From NCBI GenBank assembly GCA_030748635.1, contig JASMLP010000049.1, forward strand, positions 285 through 64,284: a stretch of 64,000 bases of DNA. Reading direction: 5' to 3'. The DNA comes from Planctomycetota bacterium. GTDB lineage: Bacteria > Planctomycetota > JACQVV01 > JASMLP01. The position numbers and the translations under genes are program-made. The stretch's first letter is position 1; every line of letters begins with the position of its first letter. This document shows positions 31,168-41,782 of the stretch, in pieces. Under the pieces are notes generated by a model, which worked only from the letters and a program-made list of their open reading frames with translations, made no database searches and was not told where the DNA came from.

Positions 31168-31809
31168 ATGATTCAGGGAATTTTGGCACGAAAAGTGGGC
31201 ATGACCCAGCGCTTTGAGGAGAACGGAACGGTTGTTCCGGTTACAGTTCTCGAGGCGGGTCCTTGTCCTGTTTTGATGGTTCGTACCGCTGAGAAGGATG
31301 GCTATCAGGCTGTTCAGCTCGGGCTCGGATCGAAAAAACCCAAAAATGTTTCCAAGCCCATGCTCGGTCATTTCGCCAAAGCGAATGCGACCCCTCAGGC
31401 GTTTGTGCGTGAGGTGCCGGTTCAAAAGGTCGATGACATCGAGGTTGGGCAGTCGGTGACGGTATCGATTTTCGAGGCCGGAGAAACGGTCAATGTCACC
31501 GGAAATAGTAAGGGGCGAGGATTTCAGGGAACCATCAAGCGCCACGGTTTCTCGCGTGGCCCGATGACTCACGGTTCTCGAAACAAGCGTCGTCCAGGCT
31601 CGATCGGTCAATGTGCTGATCCTGCCAAGGTGTTCAAGGGAAAGCGTATGCCTGGTCAAATGGGCAATCACCGTGTCACCAGGAAAGGACTTTCGGTTGT
31701 CGAAGTCGATGAGGAGCGCAACTTGCTTCTTCTCAGAGGTTCGGTTCCCGGTCCAAGTGGTGGATACATCATCGTTCGCAAGGGCTACACCAGTCGTTCG
31801 GCGAGGTAG
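31168..31809 (+). CDS. rplC: 50S ribosomal protein L3
   Basis: GILARKVGMTQRFEENGTVVPVTVLEAGPC...GKGFQG-like (GRGFQGTIKRHGFSRGPMTHGS). Confidence 0.98.
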   Translation: MIQGILARKVGMTQRFEENGTVVPVTVLEAGPCPVLMVRTAEKDGYQAVQLGLGSKKPKNVSKPMLGHFAKANATPQAFVREVPVQKVDDIEVGQSVTVSIFEAGETVNVTGNSKGRGFQGTIKRHGFSRGPMTHGSRNKRRPGSIGQCADPAKVFKGKRMPGQMGNHRVTRKGLSVVEVDEERNLLLLRGSVPGPSGGYIIVRKGYTSRSAR

Positions 31810-31817
31810 GGCGAGAT

Positions 31818-32477
31818 ATGGTTAGTGTTACCTGTTACAACGAATCGGGATCTGAGTCGGGGACCTTTGAGGTTGACGAAGCGATTTTCGATGAAAAAAT
31901 CCGGATGCGATTGCTGAAGGATGCGGTCCTCATGTATGAGGCCAATCAGCGTCAAGGAACGCACTCGACACGAACTCGTGCCGAGCGCAAAGGTAGTGGC
32001 TCCAAACCCTGGAGACAGAAGGGAACCGGTCGCGCCCGTGCGGGTACGCAGCGAAGTCCGATCTGGCGGGGTGGTGGCGTGGTGCACGGCCCCAAGCCTC
32101 GAGATTATTCCTATCGGATGACTCGCAAGGCTCTGTTTCGTGCTCGCGGTAGCGCGATGCGTGGTAAGTTGCTCGACGGCGAAGTGATGGTCATGAATTC
32201 GATTCCCGTAGAGCCTGCCAAGACGAAAACGGTGGCCGGCGCTTTGGGGGCGATGGGTCTTTCTGAGGGGACTGTACTCTTGGTCCTGGCTCAGGCTGAC
32301 GAAATGGTCTGGCGCTTGACGCGCAACCTCAAAGGAGTTCGGACCCGTGTTCTCGCGGAGATCAATGCCTACGACCTCTTGAGTTCGTCCCGCGTGGTCT
32401 TCACTCAGTCGGCGCTCGAAGGTTTTGTCGAGATGTACCGGAGCGCTGGTGCGAACGAGGAGGTGAGCGGGTCGTGA
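31818..32477 (+). CDS. rplD: 50S ribosomal protein L4
   Basis: SGSKPWRQKGTGRARAGTQRSPIWRGGGVVHGPKPRDY is canonical uL4. Confidence 0.97.
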   Translation: MVSVTCYNESGSESGTFEVDEAIFDEKIRMRLLKDAVLMYEANQRQGTHSTRTRAERKGSGSKPWRQKGTGRARAGTQRSPIWRGGGVVHGPKPRDYSYRMTRKALFRARGSAMRGKLLDGEVMVMNSIPVEPAKTKTVAGALGAMGLSEGTVLLVLAQADEMVWRLTRNLKGVRTRVLAEINAYDLLSSSRVVFTQSALEGFVEMYRSAGANEEVSGS

Positions 32478-32758
32478 TCAAATCTTCCTACCACATCGTC
32501 AAGCATCCGCTCGTTACCGAAAAGGGTAATGAGCAGAGTGGCGAAACCAATACGTATCCCTTTCGCGTAGACGTTAGGGCTAACAAGATCGAAATCAAGC
32601 GAGCGGTCGAGGAACTCTATGGCGTTAAGGTCAGGAGGGTTCGGACGCTCATGATGCACGGTAAGAAAAGGCGCTATCGCTGGTCGGTAGGGCGTACGAG
32701 TGACTGGAAAAAAGCTTATGTCACTCTTCATGAAGGTGAGCACATCGATCTGATCTAA
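32474..32758 (+). CDS. rplW: 50S ribosomal protein L23 (GTG start)
   Basis: IVKHPLVTEKG...FRVDVRANKIEIKRAVEELYGVKV is canonical uL23. Confidence 0.96.
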   Translation: MIKSSYHIVKHPLVTEKGNEQSGETNTYPFRVDVRANKIEIKRAVEELYGVKVRRVRTLMMHGKKRRYRWSVGRTSDWKKAYVTLHEGEHIDLI

Positions 32759-32764
32759 AGAACC

Positions 32765-33595
32765 ATGGGTATCAAGAAATACAAACCAACCTCTCCCGGC
32801 CGTCGGTTTATGACGGTCTCGGATTTCGCCGAGATCACGAAAACCAAGCCGGAAAAAAGTCTGACTGTTCCTCTCAAGAAGACCGGAGGTCGTAACAACC
32901 GGGGTCGCATTACCTGTCGTCATAAGGGCGGTGGGCATAAGCGAAAGTACCGTTTGATCGACTTCAAGCGTCGAAAGGATGGGGTCCCCGCCAAGGTGGC
33001 TTCTATCGAATACGACCCGAACCGGACGGCCCGGATCGCTTTGTTGCACTATCGCGATGGTGAGAAGCGTTACATCCTGGCGCCTGTCGGCCTTTCGGTG
33101 GGCGACATGGTCGTATCCGGAGAAAAGGTCGAACCTCGAGTCGGGAATTGCATGCCGCTGGCGAGCATTCCGACCGGCATGCAGGTCCATAACATCGAAA
33201 TCCATATTGGAAAAGGTGGGCAACTGGTTCGCAGTGCGGGCTCGGTGGCTCAGCTCATGGCCAAAGAGGGTGATTACGCCCACATCAATATGCCTTCAGG
33301 CGAAATTCGTCGCATTCATCTGAATTGTCGGGCCACGATCGGCCAGATCGGCAATCTGGATCACCAGAATATCAACTGGGGTAAGGCGGGAAGAAATCGA
33401 CATCGTGGAATTCGTCCTACGGTGCGAGGTATGGCGATGAACCCGGTCGCTCACCCGATGGGGGGTGGCGAAGGTCGTTCCAAGGGGCATACGCCTCAGA
33501 GTCCGTGGGGGCAGTTGGCTAAGGGCGGCAAGAGTCGCAAGCCGAGAAAGCCTTCCAACAAAATGATTATCCGGCGCCGTAAAAAGCGTCGTTAG
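32765..33595 (+). CDS. rplB: 50S ribosomal protein L2
   Basis: [28 protein letters not shown]...[12 protein letters not shown] is canonical uL2. Confidence 0.99.
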   Translation: MGIKKYKPTSPGRRFMTVSDFAEITKTKPEKSLTVPLKKTGGRNNRGRITCRHKGGGHKRKYRLIDFKRRKDGVPAKVASIEYDPNRTARIALLHYRDGEKRYILAPVGLSVGDMVVSGEKVEPRVGNCMPLASIPTGMQVHNIEIHIGKGGQLVRSAGSVAQLMAKEGDYAHINMPSGEIRRIHLNCRATIGQIGNLDHQNINWGKAGRNRHRGIRPTVRGMAMNPVAHPMGGGEGRSKGHTPQSPWGQLAKGGKSRKPRKPSNKMIIRRRKKRR

Positions 33596-33652
33596 AGTTG
33601 TAGTTAACCGTTTCATATCCAGTAGAAGAATTAAGAATAGAGCAAATCCACC

Positions 33653-33928
33653 ATGGGACGTTCACTCAAGAAAGGCCCTTACGTCGACCAGAAGCTTTGG
33701 GCGAAAGTCCAGAAATTGACGGAAAAGGGCGAACAGCAGGCCATTAAAACCTGGGCTCGTTCCTGCACAATCGTTCCCGATTTTGTGGGATGGACGTTTC
33801 TTGTTCACAACGGGCGGGCCTTCCCGCGCGTTCGGGTTCGGGAGGATATGGTCGGTCACAAGCTCGGGGAATTCGCTCCGACGCGTTCGTTTCGGAGTCA
33901 CTCGAAGAAGGAAAAGAGGGGGCGCTAA
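33653..33928 (+). CDS. rpsS: 30S ribosomal protein S19
   Basis: [12 protein letters not shown]...VHNGRAF...[13 protein letters not shown] is canonical uS19. Confidence 0.98.
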   Translation: MGRSLKKGPYVDQKLWAKVQKLTEKGEQQAIKTWARSCTIVPDFVGWTFLVHNGRAFPRVRVREDMVGHKLGEFAPTRSFRSHSKKEKRGR

Positions 33929-33940
33929 GCCCGAAGAATC

Positions 33941-34291
33941 ATGGAATTCAAGGCTAGTCATCGTTTTGCTCGTATGTCGGCGAGAAAGGTTCGCTATGTG
34001 GCAGACCAGGTTCGTGGTCAAAATGCCAAGCGGGCCGAGTCGATGCTCAAATTCAGCCCTAAGCGAGCAGCTGTTCTTGTCAACAAGGTGGTTGCAAACG
34101 CGGCGCAACACGCCGACCTTCATGCGGGTATCCAGGTCGAAGACCTGGTGGTCGAAAAGATCTGGATCGATGAGGGGCCGACTTTCAAGCGTTGGCGTCC
34201 TCGGGCGATGGGTCGAGCGACTCCGATCATGAAGCGTACTTGTCACATCAATGTCGTTCTGGCACCGGCCCCCGGGGTCGAGGCAGAGTAG
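33941..34291 (+). CDS. rplV: 50S ribosomal protein L22
   Basis: ARMSARKVRYVADQVRG...IWIDEGPTFKRWRPRAMGRA is canonical uL22. Confidence 0.97.
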   Translation: MEFKASHRFARMSARKVRYVADQVRGQNAKRAESMLKFSPKRAAVLVNKVVANAAQHADLHAGIQVEDLVVEKIWIDEGPTFKRWRPRAMGRATPIMKRTCHINVVLAPAPGVEAE

Positions 34292-34303
34292 GAAGGAATC
34301 ACG

Positions 34304-34975
34304 ATGGGTCATAAGGTTTGTCCAATCGGGTTGCGGATCGGGATCACCCAGGAGTGGCGTAGCCGCTGGTATGCGCCCAAGGCGCTTTTTGGCAAGTATT
34401 TGCTGGAAGATCAGCGTATTCGCAAGCACATCAAAAAAGAGTATCGCTATGCGATGATCTCGAAGATCGAGATCGAGCGGACCCGGGACGACTTGAAGGT
34501 GATTATCTTCTCTGCTCGTCCTGGAGTGATCATCGGTAAGCGGGGCGTGAATGTAGATAAATTGCGCACCGAGCTGGCTAAGATCACCGGCCGTGAAGTG
34601 ATGCTCGACATTCATGAGGTTTCCAAGCCGGACCTCGATGCTCAGCTGGTAGCAGAACGGATCGCTGATCAGCTCGAAAAGCGTTCGAGTTTTCGGCGTA
34701 CGATGAAAAAGGCCGCAGAAGACACCATCAAGGCGGGCGCCAAGGGGGTAAAGGTAAACCTCGCGGGTCGTCTCGGTGGGGCCGATATGAGTCGAACGGA
34801 ATCCACTCATATTGGTGCGCTTCCGCTTTCGAGTTTGCGTGCCATGATCGATTACGGATTTACCGAGGCCCGTACCACTGCGGGCAACATCGGTGTGAAG
34901 TGTTGGGTATATACCGGAATGAAGGTCGACGAACCCGAGGAGGTGCCCCATGGCGCTGATGCCAAAGCGGGTTAA
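34304..34975 (+). CDS. rpsC: 30S ribosomal protein S3
   Basis: [24 protein letters not shown] plus KH and C-terminal domains. Confidence 0.98.
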   Translation: MGHKVCPIGLRIGITQEWRSRWYAPKALFGKYLLEDQRIRKHIKKEYRYAMISKIEIERTRDDLKVIIFSARPGVIIGKRGVNVDKLRTELAKITGREVMLDIHEVSKPDLDAQLVAERIADQLEKRSSFRRTMKKAAEDTIKAGAKGVKVNLAGRLGGADMSRTESTHIGALPLSSLRAMIDYGFTEARTTAGNIGVKCWVYTGMKVDEPEEVPHGADAKAG

Positions 34976-35369
34976 GTACCGCAAATGCCAAAGAGGTAAA
35001 ATTCGAGGGAATGCAACTCGGGGTAACGAGGTGGCCTTCGGTGATTACGGTCTGCAGGTTCTCGAGCCCGGTTGGATTCGCGCCAATCAGATCGAGGCCG
35101 GACGTGTGGCGGCTAACCGTTACATGGCGGGTGAGGGGCGAGTTTGGATTCGCATTTTCCCTCACAAGCCGGTATCGGCGAAGCCGGCGGAAACTCGAAT
35201 GGGGAAAGGAAAGGGTGAGCCTTCGTTCTATGTGGCGGTGGTCAAGCCCGGAACCATTCTTTACGAGGTGGCTGGAGTTCCAGAGGATGTCGCTCGAGAT
35301 GCGCTGGCTCGTACGGCCCACAAGATGCCGCTTCGAGTTCGTTTGGTGAAGCGCAAGCATAAGATGTAG
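34950..35369 (+). CDS. rplP: 50S ribosomal protein L16
   Basis: [13 protein letters not shown]...ETRMGKGKG is canonical uL16. It overlaps the rpsC end by 26 nt, so the true start may be the internal ATG at 34959. Confidence 0.97.
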   Translation: MALMPKRVKYRKCQRGKIRGNATRGNEVAFGDYGLQVLEPGWIRANQIEAGRVAANRYMAGEGRVWIRIFPHKPVSAKPAETRMGKGKGEPSFYVAVVKPGTILYEVAGVPEDVARDALARTAHKMPLRVRLVKRKHKM

Positions 35370-35396
35370 GCCCGAGGCGGCGAGAGGACGAATTTC

Positions 35397-35594
35397 ATGT
35401 TGAACAAAAATGAATTAGTAACGGCTCGGCATCAGTCGCTCGAAGAGTTGGATCGTGAGATCGGGAAGCGCTGTCGTCGGCTGTATAGCTTGCGAGAAAA
35501 GAAAGTTGTCGAAGAGTTGGAGAATCCTCATGAGATTCGATTGCTCCGGCGAGGAATCGCCCAACTCAAGACGATTCGAGCGGAGAAAAAATAA
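35397..35594 (+). CDS. rpmC: 50S ribosomal protein L29
   Basis: 65-aa helical protein in the rplP-rpsQ slot. [11 protein letters not shown] is uL29-like. Confidence 0.9.
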   Translation: MLNKNELVTARHQSLEELDREIGKRCRRLYSLREKKVVEELENPHEIRLLRRGIAQLKTIRAEKK

Positions 35595-35866
35595 TGAGTG
35601 TTGATGCAGTTCGAGGACGCAGAAAGCGCGCAGTTGGCGTAGTGGTCAGCGACAAGATGGATAAAACTATTTCCGTGCGTGTGAATTACAAGAGAAAGCA
35701 TCCTCAGTACGGGAAATTTGTCCGGCGTTCAACTACGTACAAGGCTCACGACGAGTCAGGTTCCGCGAGGACTGGCGATCGGGTTGAGATTATGGAAGTT
35801 CGTCCGCTTTCCAAAACCAAGCGCTGGCGACTGGTTCAGGTTGTTGAAAAGGCCGAGAGCCGGTAA
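35594..35866 (+). CDS. rpsQ: 30S ribosomal protein S17
   Basis: [40 protein letters not shown] is canonical uS17. Confidence 0.97.
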   Translation: MSVDAVRGRRKRAVGVVVSDKMDKTISVRVNYKRKHPQYGKFVRRSTTYKAHDESGSARTGDRVEIMEVRPLSKTKRWRLVQVVEKAESR

Positions 35867-35877
35867 GGGGTAGAGTC

Positions 35878-36252
35878 GTGATTCAGATGCAAACCCGGCT
35901 CGATGTGGCCGATAACAGTGGCGCCAAGGAGGTGATGTGTATCAAAGTCCTTGGCGGCTCGAAAAAAAGATTCGCTCAGATTGGTGATGTCATCGTCTGT
36001 AGCGTCAAAAAGTCGATTCCTGGTGCAGACGAAGGTGTTCGCGCAGGCAAGGTCGTTCGGGGCGTGATTGTGCGTACCGCCAATCCCATCCGGAGAGATG
36101 ATGGTTCTTACGTCCGTTTTGACAAGAACGCACTGGTCATCCTGGGAGCGGACAACAACCCGGTCGGGACTCGTATTTTTGGTGCGGTGGCGCGCGAGTT
36201 GCGTCAGCGCAATTTCATGAAAATTATTTCGCTCGCTCCGGAGGTGGTGTGA
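35878..36252 (+). CDS. rplN: 50S ribosomal protein L14 (GTG start)
   Basis: [27 protein letters not shown] is canonical uL14. Confidence 0.98.
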   Translation: MIQMQTRLDVADNSGAKEVMCIKVLGGSKKRFAQIGDVIVCSVKKSIPGADEGVRAGKVVRGVIVRTANPIRRDDGSYVRFDKNALVILGADNNPVGTRIFGAVARELRQRNFMKIISLAPEVV

Positions 36253-36596
36253 TGGCTACCCGTCTTCATGTTCGCCGAAACGATCAAGTCGTCGTTTTGA
36301 GCGGCAGTAATGTCAATAAGCGGGGGCGCATTTTGCGAGTCGACCGCCAACGGGGAAAAGTTGTTGTCGAAGGCGTCAACTACATCAAAAAACATATCCG
36401 ACCGAGTCGTCAGCATCCGCGTGGAGGGATCGTCGAGATCGAAGCTCCTATTCATGCATCGAACGTGATGTTGATTTGCCCCGATTGTTCCAAGCCGACC
36501 CGTGTGATGCGAGTCGCGGAAGCGCAGGGAAAAGATGGGGTCAGGATTTGCAAGAAGTGTCACCAGAAGATCAACCCGACCAAGGATTCGAAGTGA
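36249..36596 (+). CDS. rplX: 50S ribosomal protein L24 (with a CxxC...CxxC tetrad)
   Basis: A KOW region ([24 protein letters not shown]), the rplN-rplE slot, and CPDC...CKKC in the C-terminal part. Confidence 0.95.
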   Translation: MMATRLHVRRNDQVVVLSGSNVNKRGRILRVDRQRGKVVVEGVNYIKKHIRPSRQHPRGGIVEIEAPIHASNVMLICPDCSKPTRVMRVAEAQGKDGVRICKKCHQKINPTKDSK

Positions 36597-37198
36597 TGGC
36601 CGGAAAAGATAAAAAATCAAAAAAAGGGAGCGAAGAGGAGCTATCGGCTATGCCTCCGAGGCTCTTTGTCCGCTACCGAGAAGAAATACGTTCCAAATTG
36701 CGCGAGCAGTTCGGGTTCAAGAACGATTTCTCGATTCCCTCTCTTCAGAAAATAGTTTTGAACATGGGGGTGGGGCAGTCCGATGATCGGAACAAACGGA
36801 TGGAGGCCGCTCAGAAAGATCTCGCTTGTATTTCTGGCCAGCGTCCGATTCGGACGATTGCCCGCCAGAGTGTGGCCGGCTTTCGTTTGCGCGAAGGAAT
36901 GCCCATTGGGTGCAAGGTGACCCTGCGTGGCAAGCGGATGTACGAGTTCCTGGACCGACTGATTTGTGTCGCCATGCCTCGTATTCGGGACTTTCAGGGG
37001 CTCAACCCCAAAGCTTTTGATGGAAATGGGAACTACTCCATGGGGGTAGAAGACCAATCCGTTTTTCCTGAAATCGATCTGGATAACCTCCAGTACAGTC
37101 AGGGAATGGATATCACTTTAGTTAACACGGCAACCAACGATGAGCAGGGTCGAGCCCTCCTCGAGTCGTTCGGGATGCCTTTTGCCGAAAAATCCTGA
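36596..37198 (+). CDS. rplE: 50S ribosomal protein L5
   Basis: The track ORF 36476..37198 was trimmed to the ATG at 36596, which overlaps the rplX stop (TGATG). Sequence includes PSLQKIVLNMGVGQ...ISGQRPIRTIARQSVAGFRLREGMPIGCKVTLRG. Confidence 0.96.
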   Translation: MAGKDKKSKKGSEEELSAMPPRLFVRYREEIRSKLREQFGFKNDFSIPSLQKIVLNMGVGQSDDRNKRMEAAQKDLACISGQRPIRTIARQSVAGFRLREGMPIGCKVTLRGKRMYEFLDRLICVAMPRIRDFQGLNPKAFDGNGNYSMGVEDQSVFPEIDLDNLQYSQGMDITLVNTATNDEQGRALLESFGMPFAEKS

Positions 37199-37232
37199 AA
37201 CGTACTGAAATGAAAATGGAAAGGGTCCTGTA

Positions 37233-37418
37233 GTGGCCAGATTAGCTCTCAAGATCAAGGCGAACCGGAAGCCTAAATACAAGACCCGGGCCTACAATCG
37301 TTGTCAGTTGTGCGGCCGTCCTCGGGCGTTTTACCGGAAATTTCAGATTTGTCGTATCTGTTTCCGAAACCTTGCCAGTCGTGGAGAAATCCCTGGCGTT
37401 AAAAAAGCCAGCTGGTAG
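37233..37418 (+). CDS. rpsN: 30S ribosomal protein S14, type Z (zinc form, 61 aa)
   Basis: [24 protein letters not shown]...W is the canonical short uS14 with four Cys. Confidence 0.97.
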   Translation: MARLALKIKANRKPKYKTRAYNRCQLCGRPRAFYRKFQICRICFRNLASRGEIPGVKKASW

Positions 37419-37435
37419 AGGGGCGAGTACCAATC

Positions 37436-37831
37436 ATGATGACCGATCCAATTGCCGACATGCTCACTCGAATTCGTAATGCACTTGCGATTTATCGGGC
37501 CACTGTGGATGTGCCAGCTTCCAAGATCAAGCTTGGTGTGACTGAGGTTTTGAAGCGTGAAGGTTACATAGAAGATTTCAAAATAATCGAAGAACAACCG
37601 CAAAATCGAATCCGTCTCTACCTCAAATACGGCCCGGATGGCGAGATGATCATCCAAAAGCTGGATCGAGTGTCCCGACCCGGGATGCGGCAGTACAAGT
37701 CGACCCGGGAAGTGGTCCCGGTACTTGATGGGCTGGGAACAGGAATCTATTCCACTCCCAGGGGTATCCTCACGGATCGAGAATGTGTCAAGGAGAAGGT
37801 TGGCGGAGAGTATCTCTGTCGCCTCTGGTAG
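37436..37831 (+). CDS. rpsH: 30S ribosomal protein S8
   Basis: MMTDPIADMLTRIRNA is canonical uS8. Confidence 0.98.
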   Translation: MMTDPIADMLTRIRNALAIYRATVDVPASKIKLGVTEVLKREGYIEDFKIIEEQPQNRIRLYLKYGPDGEMIIQKLDRVSRPGMRQYKSTREVVPVLDGLGTGIYSTPRGILTDRECVKEKVGGEYLCRLW

Positions 37832-37840
37832 GAGCTAGGA

Positions 37841-38410
37841 ATGAGTCGTAACGGCAAAAAACCCATACCGATTCCTGGGGGCGTCACCATTCAGGTTCAG
37901 GGTCGTCAGGTGAAAATCGAGGGAGCCAAGGGAAAGCTCGAGGACGAGTTTCGTCCCGAGGTTCAAATCGTTCAGGATTCCACTCCCTCTCAGTTGCGCG
38001 TGATCGCTCCGGAAGGAGAGTTGAGTCGAAAATCTCAAAAGATTTTCAGCCAGTATCAAGGTCTAACTCGCTCACTCCTGTTCAATATGGTCCAGGGGGT
38101 GCACGAGGGGTTTCGCAAGGAGTTGGATATTCACGGAACAGGCTATACGGCGAAACTGCAGGGCCGTGAAGTGGTTCTCAATATCGGTTTTTGCCACCCG
38201 ATTATTCTGAAGATTCCGGAGGGTATTCAGGTCGAGATGGCCAATCCCAGGCATATCCTTGTCACCGGTTGTTGCAAACAGCAAGTGGGGCAGTTCGCGG
38301 CGAATATTCGCGCCATCCGTCCTCCTTCTGTCTATCTGGGCAAAGGTATTCGGTATCGCGGCGAAATCGTTCGCCAGAAACCCACCAAGAACATGTTGGG
38401 AGGCGATTAA
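37841..38410 (+). CDS. rplF: 50S ribosomal protein L6
   Basis: [31 protein letters not shown] is canonical uL6. Confidence 0.97.
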   Translation: MSRNGKKPIPIPGGVTIQVQGRQVKIEGAKGKLEDEFRPEVQIVQDSTPSQLRVIAPEGELSRKSQKIFSQYQGLTRSLLFNMVQGVHEGFRKELDIHGTGYTAKLQGREVVLNIGFCHPIILKIPEGIQVEMANPRHILVTGCCKQQVGQFAANIRAIRPPSVYLGKGIRYRGEIVRQKPTKNMLGGD

Positions 38411-38411
38411 G

Positions 38412-38780
38412 ATGGATTCCAATCGTAAAAAGGCGCTCGCGCGCCAGAAGCGTCAGTGGCGAATTCGCAAAGTGGTTTCTGGAACTTCTGAAAAGCCGAG
38501 AATGGCTATTTTTCGGAGCCACAAGCATATCTATTGCCAGTTGATCGACGATCAGATCGGCAAGACCTTGGCCTCAGCCAGTACGCTGGAAAAAGGGGCG
38601 GTCGGAGAGGGCGCTTTCGGTGGTAACCGAGATGCCGCTCGTACGGTCGGTACCCGGATAGCCGAACGCGCCAAAGAGTGTGGGGTTACCCGTGTTGCAT
38701 TCGATCGGGGTGGATACAAATACCATGGTCGGGTTCGTTCCCTGGCCGAAGCTGCTCGGGAAGGGGGTCTGAAGTTCTAA
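38412..38780 (+). CDS. rplR: 50S ribosomal protein L18
   Basis: The track ORF 38259..38780 was trimmed to the ATG at 38412 ([47 protein letters not shown]). The C-terminus is [23 protein letters not shown]. Confidence 0.95.
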   Translation: MDSNRKKALARQKRQWRIRKVVSGTSEKPRMAIFRSHKHIYCQLIDDQIGKTLASASTLEKGAVGEGAFGGNRDAARTVGTRIAERAKECGVTRVAFDRGGYKYHGRVRSLAEAAREGGLKF

Positions 38781-39307
38781 TGAACCGGGATCATCGTGGA
38801 GGAGGACGTCAGCGCCGAGATGAGCGGTCTTCCGAATTCAAAGAAACTGTTGTCAAGATCAATCGCTGTTCGAAGGTCGTCAAGGGCGGGCGTCGTTTCA
38901 GCTTTAGTTGTCTTTCTGTGGTGGGTGACGAAAAGGGCAAGGTTGCCATCGGGTACGGCAAAGCCAACGATGTTCCCTCCGCGATACAAAAGGCCATGAA
39001 AGTGGGTCGGGCCGAACTTGCGCCGGTGCCTGTCGTCGGGGATTCCATCCCCCACGAAGTGATCGGTGTGTTTGGGTCGAGTCGCGTATTACTCAAGCCC
39101 GCTCGTCCGGGTACCGGCATCATTGCCGGGTCCAGTGTTCGTGCCGTTGTCGAGGCTGTGGGCATCAAGAATTTGCTGACCAAGTCGTTCGGTTCGAATA
39201 ATCCGATCAATCTCACCAAGGCAACGCTGGCCGGTCTCCACAAGCTTCGTAGCAAGGAGATGGTTGAGCGACTTCGTGGTGTTCAAATCGAGGAAATCGC
39301 GTCATGA
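38780..39307 (+). CDS. rpsE: 30S ribosomal protein S5
   Basis: The track ORF was trimmed to the ATG at 38780 (TAATG overlap with rplR). Sequence includes INRCSKVVKGGRRFSFSCLSVVGDEKGKVAIGYGKANDVPSAIQKA. Confidence 0.96.
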   Translation: MNRDHRGGGRQRRDERSSEFKETVVKINRCSKVVKGGRRFSFSCLSVVGDEKGKVAIGYGKANDVPSAIQKAMKVGRAELAPVPVVGDSIPHEVIGVFGSSRVLLKPARPGTGIIAGSSVRAVVEAVGIKNLLTKSFGSNNPINLTKATLAGLHKLRSKEMVERLRGVQIEEIAS

Positions 39308-39762
39308 ACCTCGCCGATGTCAAAGCGGGTGGTGTCCCGTACAAAAAGCGCAAACGGGTAGGCCGTGGAACCGGAAGTGGAAGCGGAAAAACCTGTGGCC
39401 GTGGTCACAAGGGGGCTCGGTCCCGGTCCGGCTGGAAAAGCAAACCGTTTCATGAGGGTGGACAGATGCCTCTGTCGCGCCGTCTTCCTCAGAAAGGTTT
39501 CAATAACTTCCGCTATCGCAAGGAATACGCGATCGTGAATATCGGTCTTCTCGATCAGTTTTTCGAGGATGGAGCCACGATCGGTCCCGAGGAGATGCGT
39601 GCGGCGGGGGTTCTTCGTGGAGGACCTAGAGTCGAGCGGGTCAAGGTTCTCGGTGAAGGTCTGGTCAAGAAAAAGCTCATCGTTCAAGCTCATAAATTTT
39701 CCGGTAAAGCACGCGACCAGATCGTCGCTGCTGGCGGGGAAGCGAGGGAGATCACAGCGTGA
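39304..39762 (+). CDS. rplO: 50S ribosomal protein L15
   Basis: KRKRVGRGTGSGSGKTCGRGHKG is canonical uL15. It directly follows rpsE, with no rpmD between them. Confidence 0.97.
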   Translation: MNLADVKAGGVPYKKRKRVGRGTGSGSGKTCGRGHKGARSRSGWKSKPFHEGGQMPLSRRLPQKGFNNFRYRKEYAIVNIGLLDQFFEDGATIGPEEMRAAGVLRGGPRVERVKVLGEGLVKKKLIVQAHKFSGKARDQIVAAGGEAREITA

Positions 39763-41138
39763 TCCTCGACCACGTACGCAACATGTACAACATTCCGGAA
39801 CTTCGCCGGAAGATCTTTATTACGCTGGGGTTCCTCGTGATCTACCGGCTCGGTAGTCATATTGCCATGCCCGGTTTGGATCAGGAAGCGGTGAAGGAGT
39901 TCACCAAACACATCGGGGGCGCTGCGGGTGGTGCCATGGTCATGATGGCAGCGATCGGAGGTTCGGCGATCAGTCAGGCCGCCATCTTTTCGCTGGGAAT
40001 CATGCCCTACATCTCCGCGTCGATTATCTTCAGTTTACTTGCCAAGGTTGTCCCAGCTCTGGAAGAGATTTCCAAGGAGGGGGCGAGTGGCCAGCAAAAG
40101 ATCAACACGTGGACACGGTACGCGACGGTTCCTCTGTGTCTCATACAGGCGACTTTCATCGTCCGGTATGTGGCGAACTTCAAGGGGGGCGGCATCCCTT
40201 TGGTCGTCGATCCAGGTTTCGGTTTTATGTTGACCGGAATTCTGGCGTTGACAGCGGGAGCTCTTTTTCTGATGTGGATCGGTGAATTGATCACCGAGTA
40301 CGGTATCGGGAATGGAATCAGCCTCCTCATCATGGCGGGCATTGTCGCTCAGGTTCCCACGATTTCGGAGATGCTCTTGGATCTGGGTGGAAGAGGGTTT
40401 GGCCGACAGGGGTCAACCAAGTTTATCATCATTCTCATGCTCTGCGGTCTGTTCGTGGTTGCTGTTTTCGGAGTGGTTTTGATGAGTCAGGCGCAGCGCC
40501 GGATTCCGGTACAAGCTGCCAAGCACACTCGAGGCCGTCGGGTTTATGGTGGGAATAAAAGCCATCTTCCGCTTCGACTCAACATGGCGGGTGTCATGCC
40601 GGTCATCTTTGCGTCCAGTCTTCTCATGTTCCCGGTCATGATCGGGTCCATGTTTTTACGTCCTGATAACAACTGGCTCAGCGATGTCTTTCATCCCGGG
40701 GGCTTTTGGTACACGATGTTCTATCTGGCGATGATCTATTTCTTCGCCTACTTCTGGACGAGCCTGATGTTCCAGCCGACGGAAATGGCTCATAACATGA
40801 AGGAGCACGGCCAGTTCGTACCGGGAATCCGTCCGGGTCGAAAAACCGCTGAATTTCTCAATTTCGTCATGGTGCGTGTCACTTTCGTTGGCGCCGCATT
40901 TCTGGCTTTGGTCGCTATTTTTCCCCAGATCATTGTTCTCTTTCTCGAGAAAGTGGTTTTGGGAGGCGAGCAGATCAAAGATGCCGAGGTCATGGCCGCC
41001 CAGTTTCTGGGGGGTACGGGTATTTTGATCGTTGTTGGCGTTGTTCTCGATCTCGCTCAGAAAGTTGAAAGTCATCTTCTCATGAGGCACTACTCGGGTT
41101 TCATGAAAAAGGGGCGTATCAAGGGGAGAGTCGATTGA
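39759..41138 (+). CDS. secY: Preprotein translocase subunit SecY
   Basis: 459 aa with 10 TM-like segments and IPELRRKIFITLGFLVIYRLGSHIAMPG. Confidence 0.97.
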   Translation: MILDHVRNMYNIPELRRKIFITLGFLVIYRLGSHIAMPGLDQEAVKEFTKHIGGAAGGAMVMMAAIGGSAISQAAIFSLGIMPYISASIIFSLLAKVVPALEEISKEGASGQQKINTWTRYATVPLCLIQATFIVRYVANFKGGGIPLVVDPGFGFMLTGILALTAGALFLMWIGELITEYGIGNGISLLIMAGIVAQVPTISEMLLDLGGRGFGRQGSTKFIIILMLCGLFVVAVFGVVLMSQAQRRIPVQAAKHTRGRRVYGGNKSHLPLRLNMAGVMPVIFASSLLMFPVMIGSMFLRPDNNWLSDVFHPGGFWYTMFYLAMIYFFAYFWTSLMFQPTEMAHNMKEHGQFVPGIRPGRKTAEFLNFVMVRVTFVGAAFLALVAIFPQIIVLFLEKVVLGGEQIKDAEVMAAQFLGGTGILIVVGVVLDLAQKVESHLLMRHYSGFMKKGRIKGRVD

Positions 41139-41782
41139 TCGTCGTTTTCCTCGGACCCCCAGCCATCGGAAAAGGCACTCAGGCGCGTCGCATTGCGCGT
41201 GAGCGGGGCCTTTCTGTGATTTCTACCGGCGACAAACTGCGAGAGGCGGTGGCTCAGGGAACCGACGTGGGTCAGGAAGCCAAGAAATTCATCGATCAGG
41301 GTCAACTTGTTCCTGATGAAGTTGTGGTCCGAATCGTGACGGATTCACTCCGTTCGATCAACGGGAATGGGGTCATTCTCGACGGATTCCCCAGAACCTT
41401 ATCTCAGGCGGAATCGCTCGAAACTCACCTGGAAAAAGAGGCGGGCCTCGATGGTGTTTTGCATTTTGAGGCACCTACCGAGATGTTGATCGGTCGGGCA
41501 AGCGGTCGTCGAATTTGCCGGAATTGCCAGGAGATCTACCATCTCGAATTTCGCCCTCCGCGTTCGGAGGGAGTTTGCGACGCTTGTGGGCAAGAGACGC
41601 TTTACCAGCGGACCGATGATCAGGAAGAAGCTGTTCGTCGGCGTCTCGAAGGGGATCAACTCACCACGCAAAAACTGGTCGACTTTTATCAGGAGCGTGG
41701 ACTTCTCGCCAGAGTCGCCGCGGATCGAGATGTCGATTCCATCGCCAAGGATGTCTCTCTTTGGGTGGAGGGGCTCTCATGA
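41135..41782 (+). CDS. adk: Adenylate kinase (Zn-lid form; TTG start)
   Basis: P-loop GPPAIGKGTQ, ILDGFPRT, and lid CRNCQEIYH...CDACG. Confidence 0.95.
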   Translation: MIVVFLGPPAIGKGTQARRIARERGLSVISTGDKLREAVAQGTDVGQEAKKFIDQGQLVPDEVVVRIVTDSLRSINGNGVILDGFPRTLSQAESLETHLEKEAGLDGVLHFEAPTEMLIGRASGRRICRNCQEIYHLEFRPPRSEGVCDACGQETLYQRTDDQEEAVRRRLEGDQLTTQKLVDFYQERGLLARVAADRDVDSIAKDVSLWVEGLS

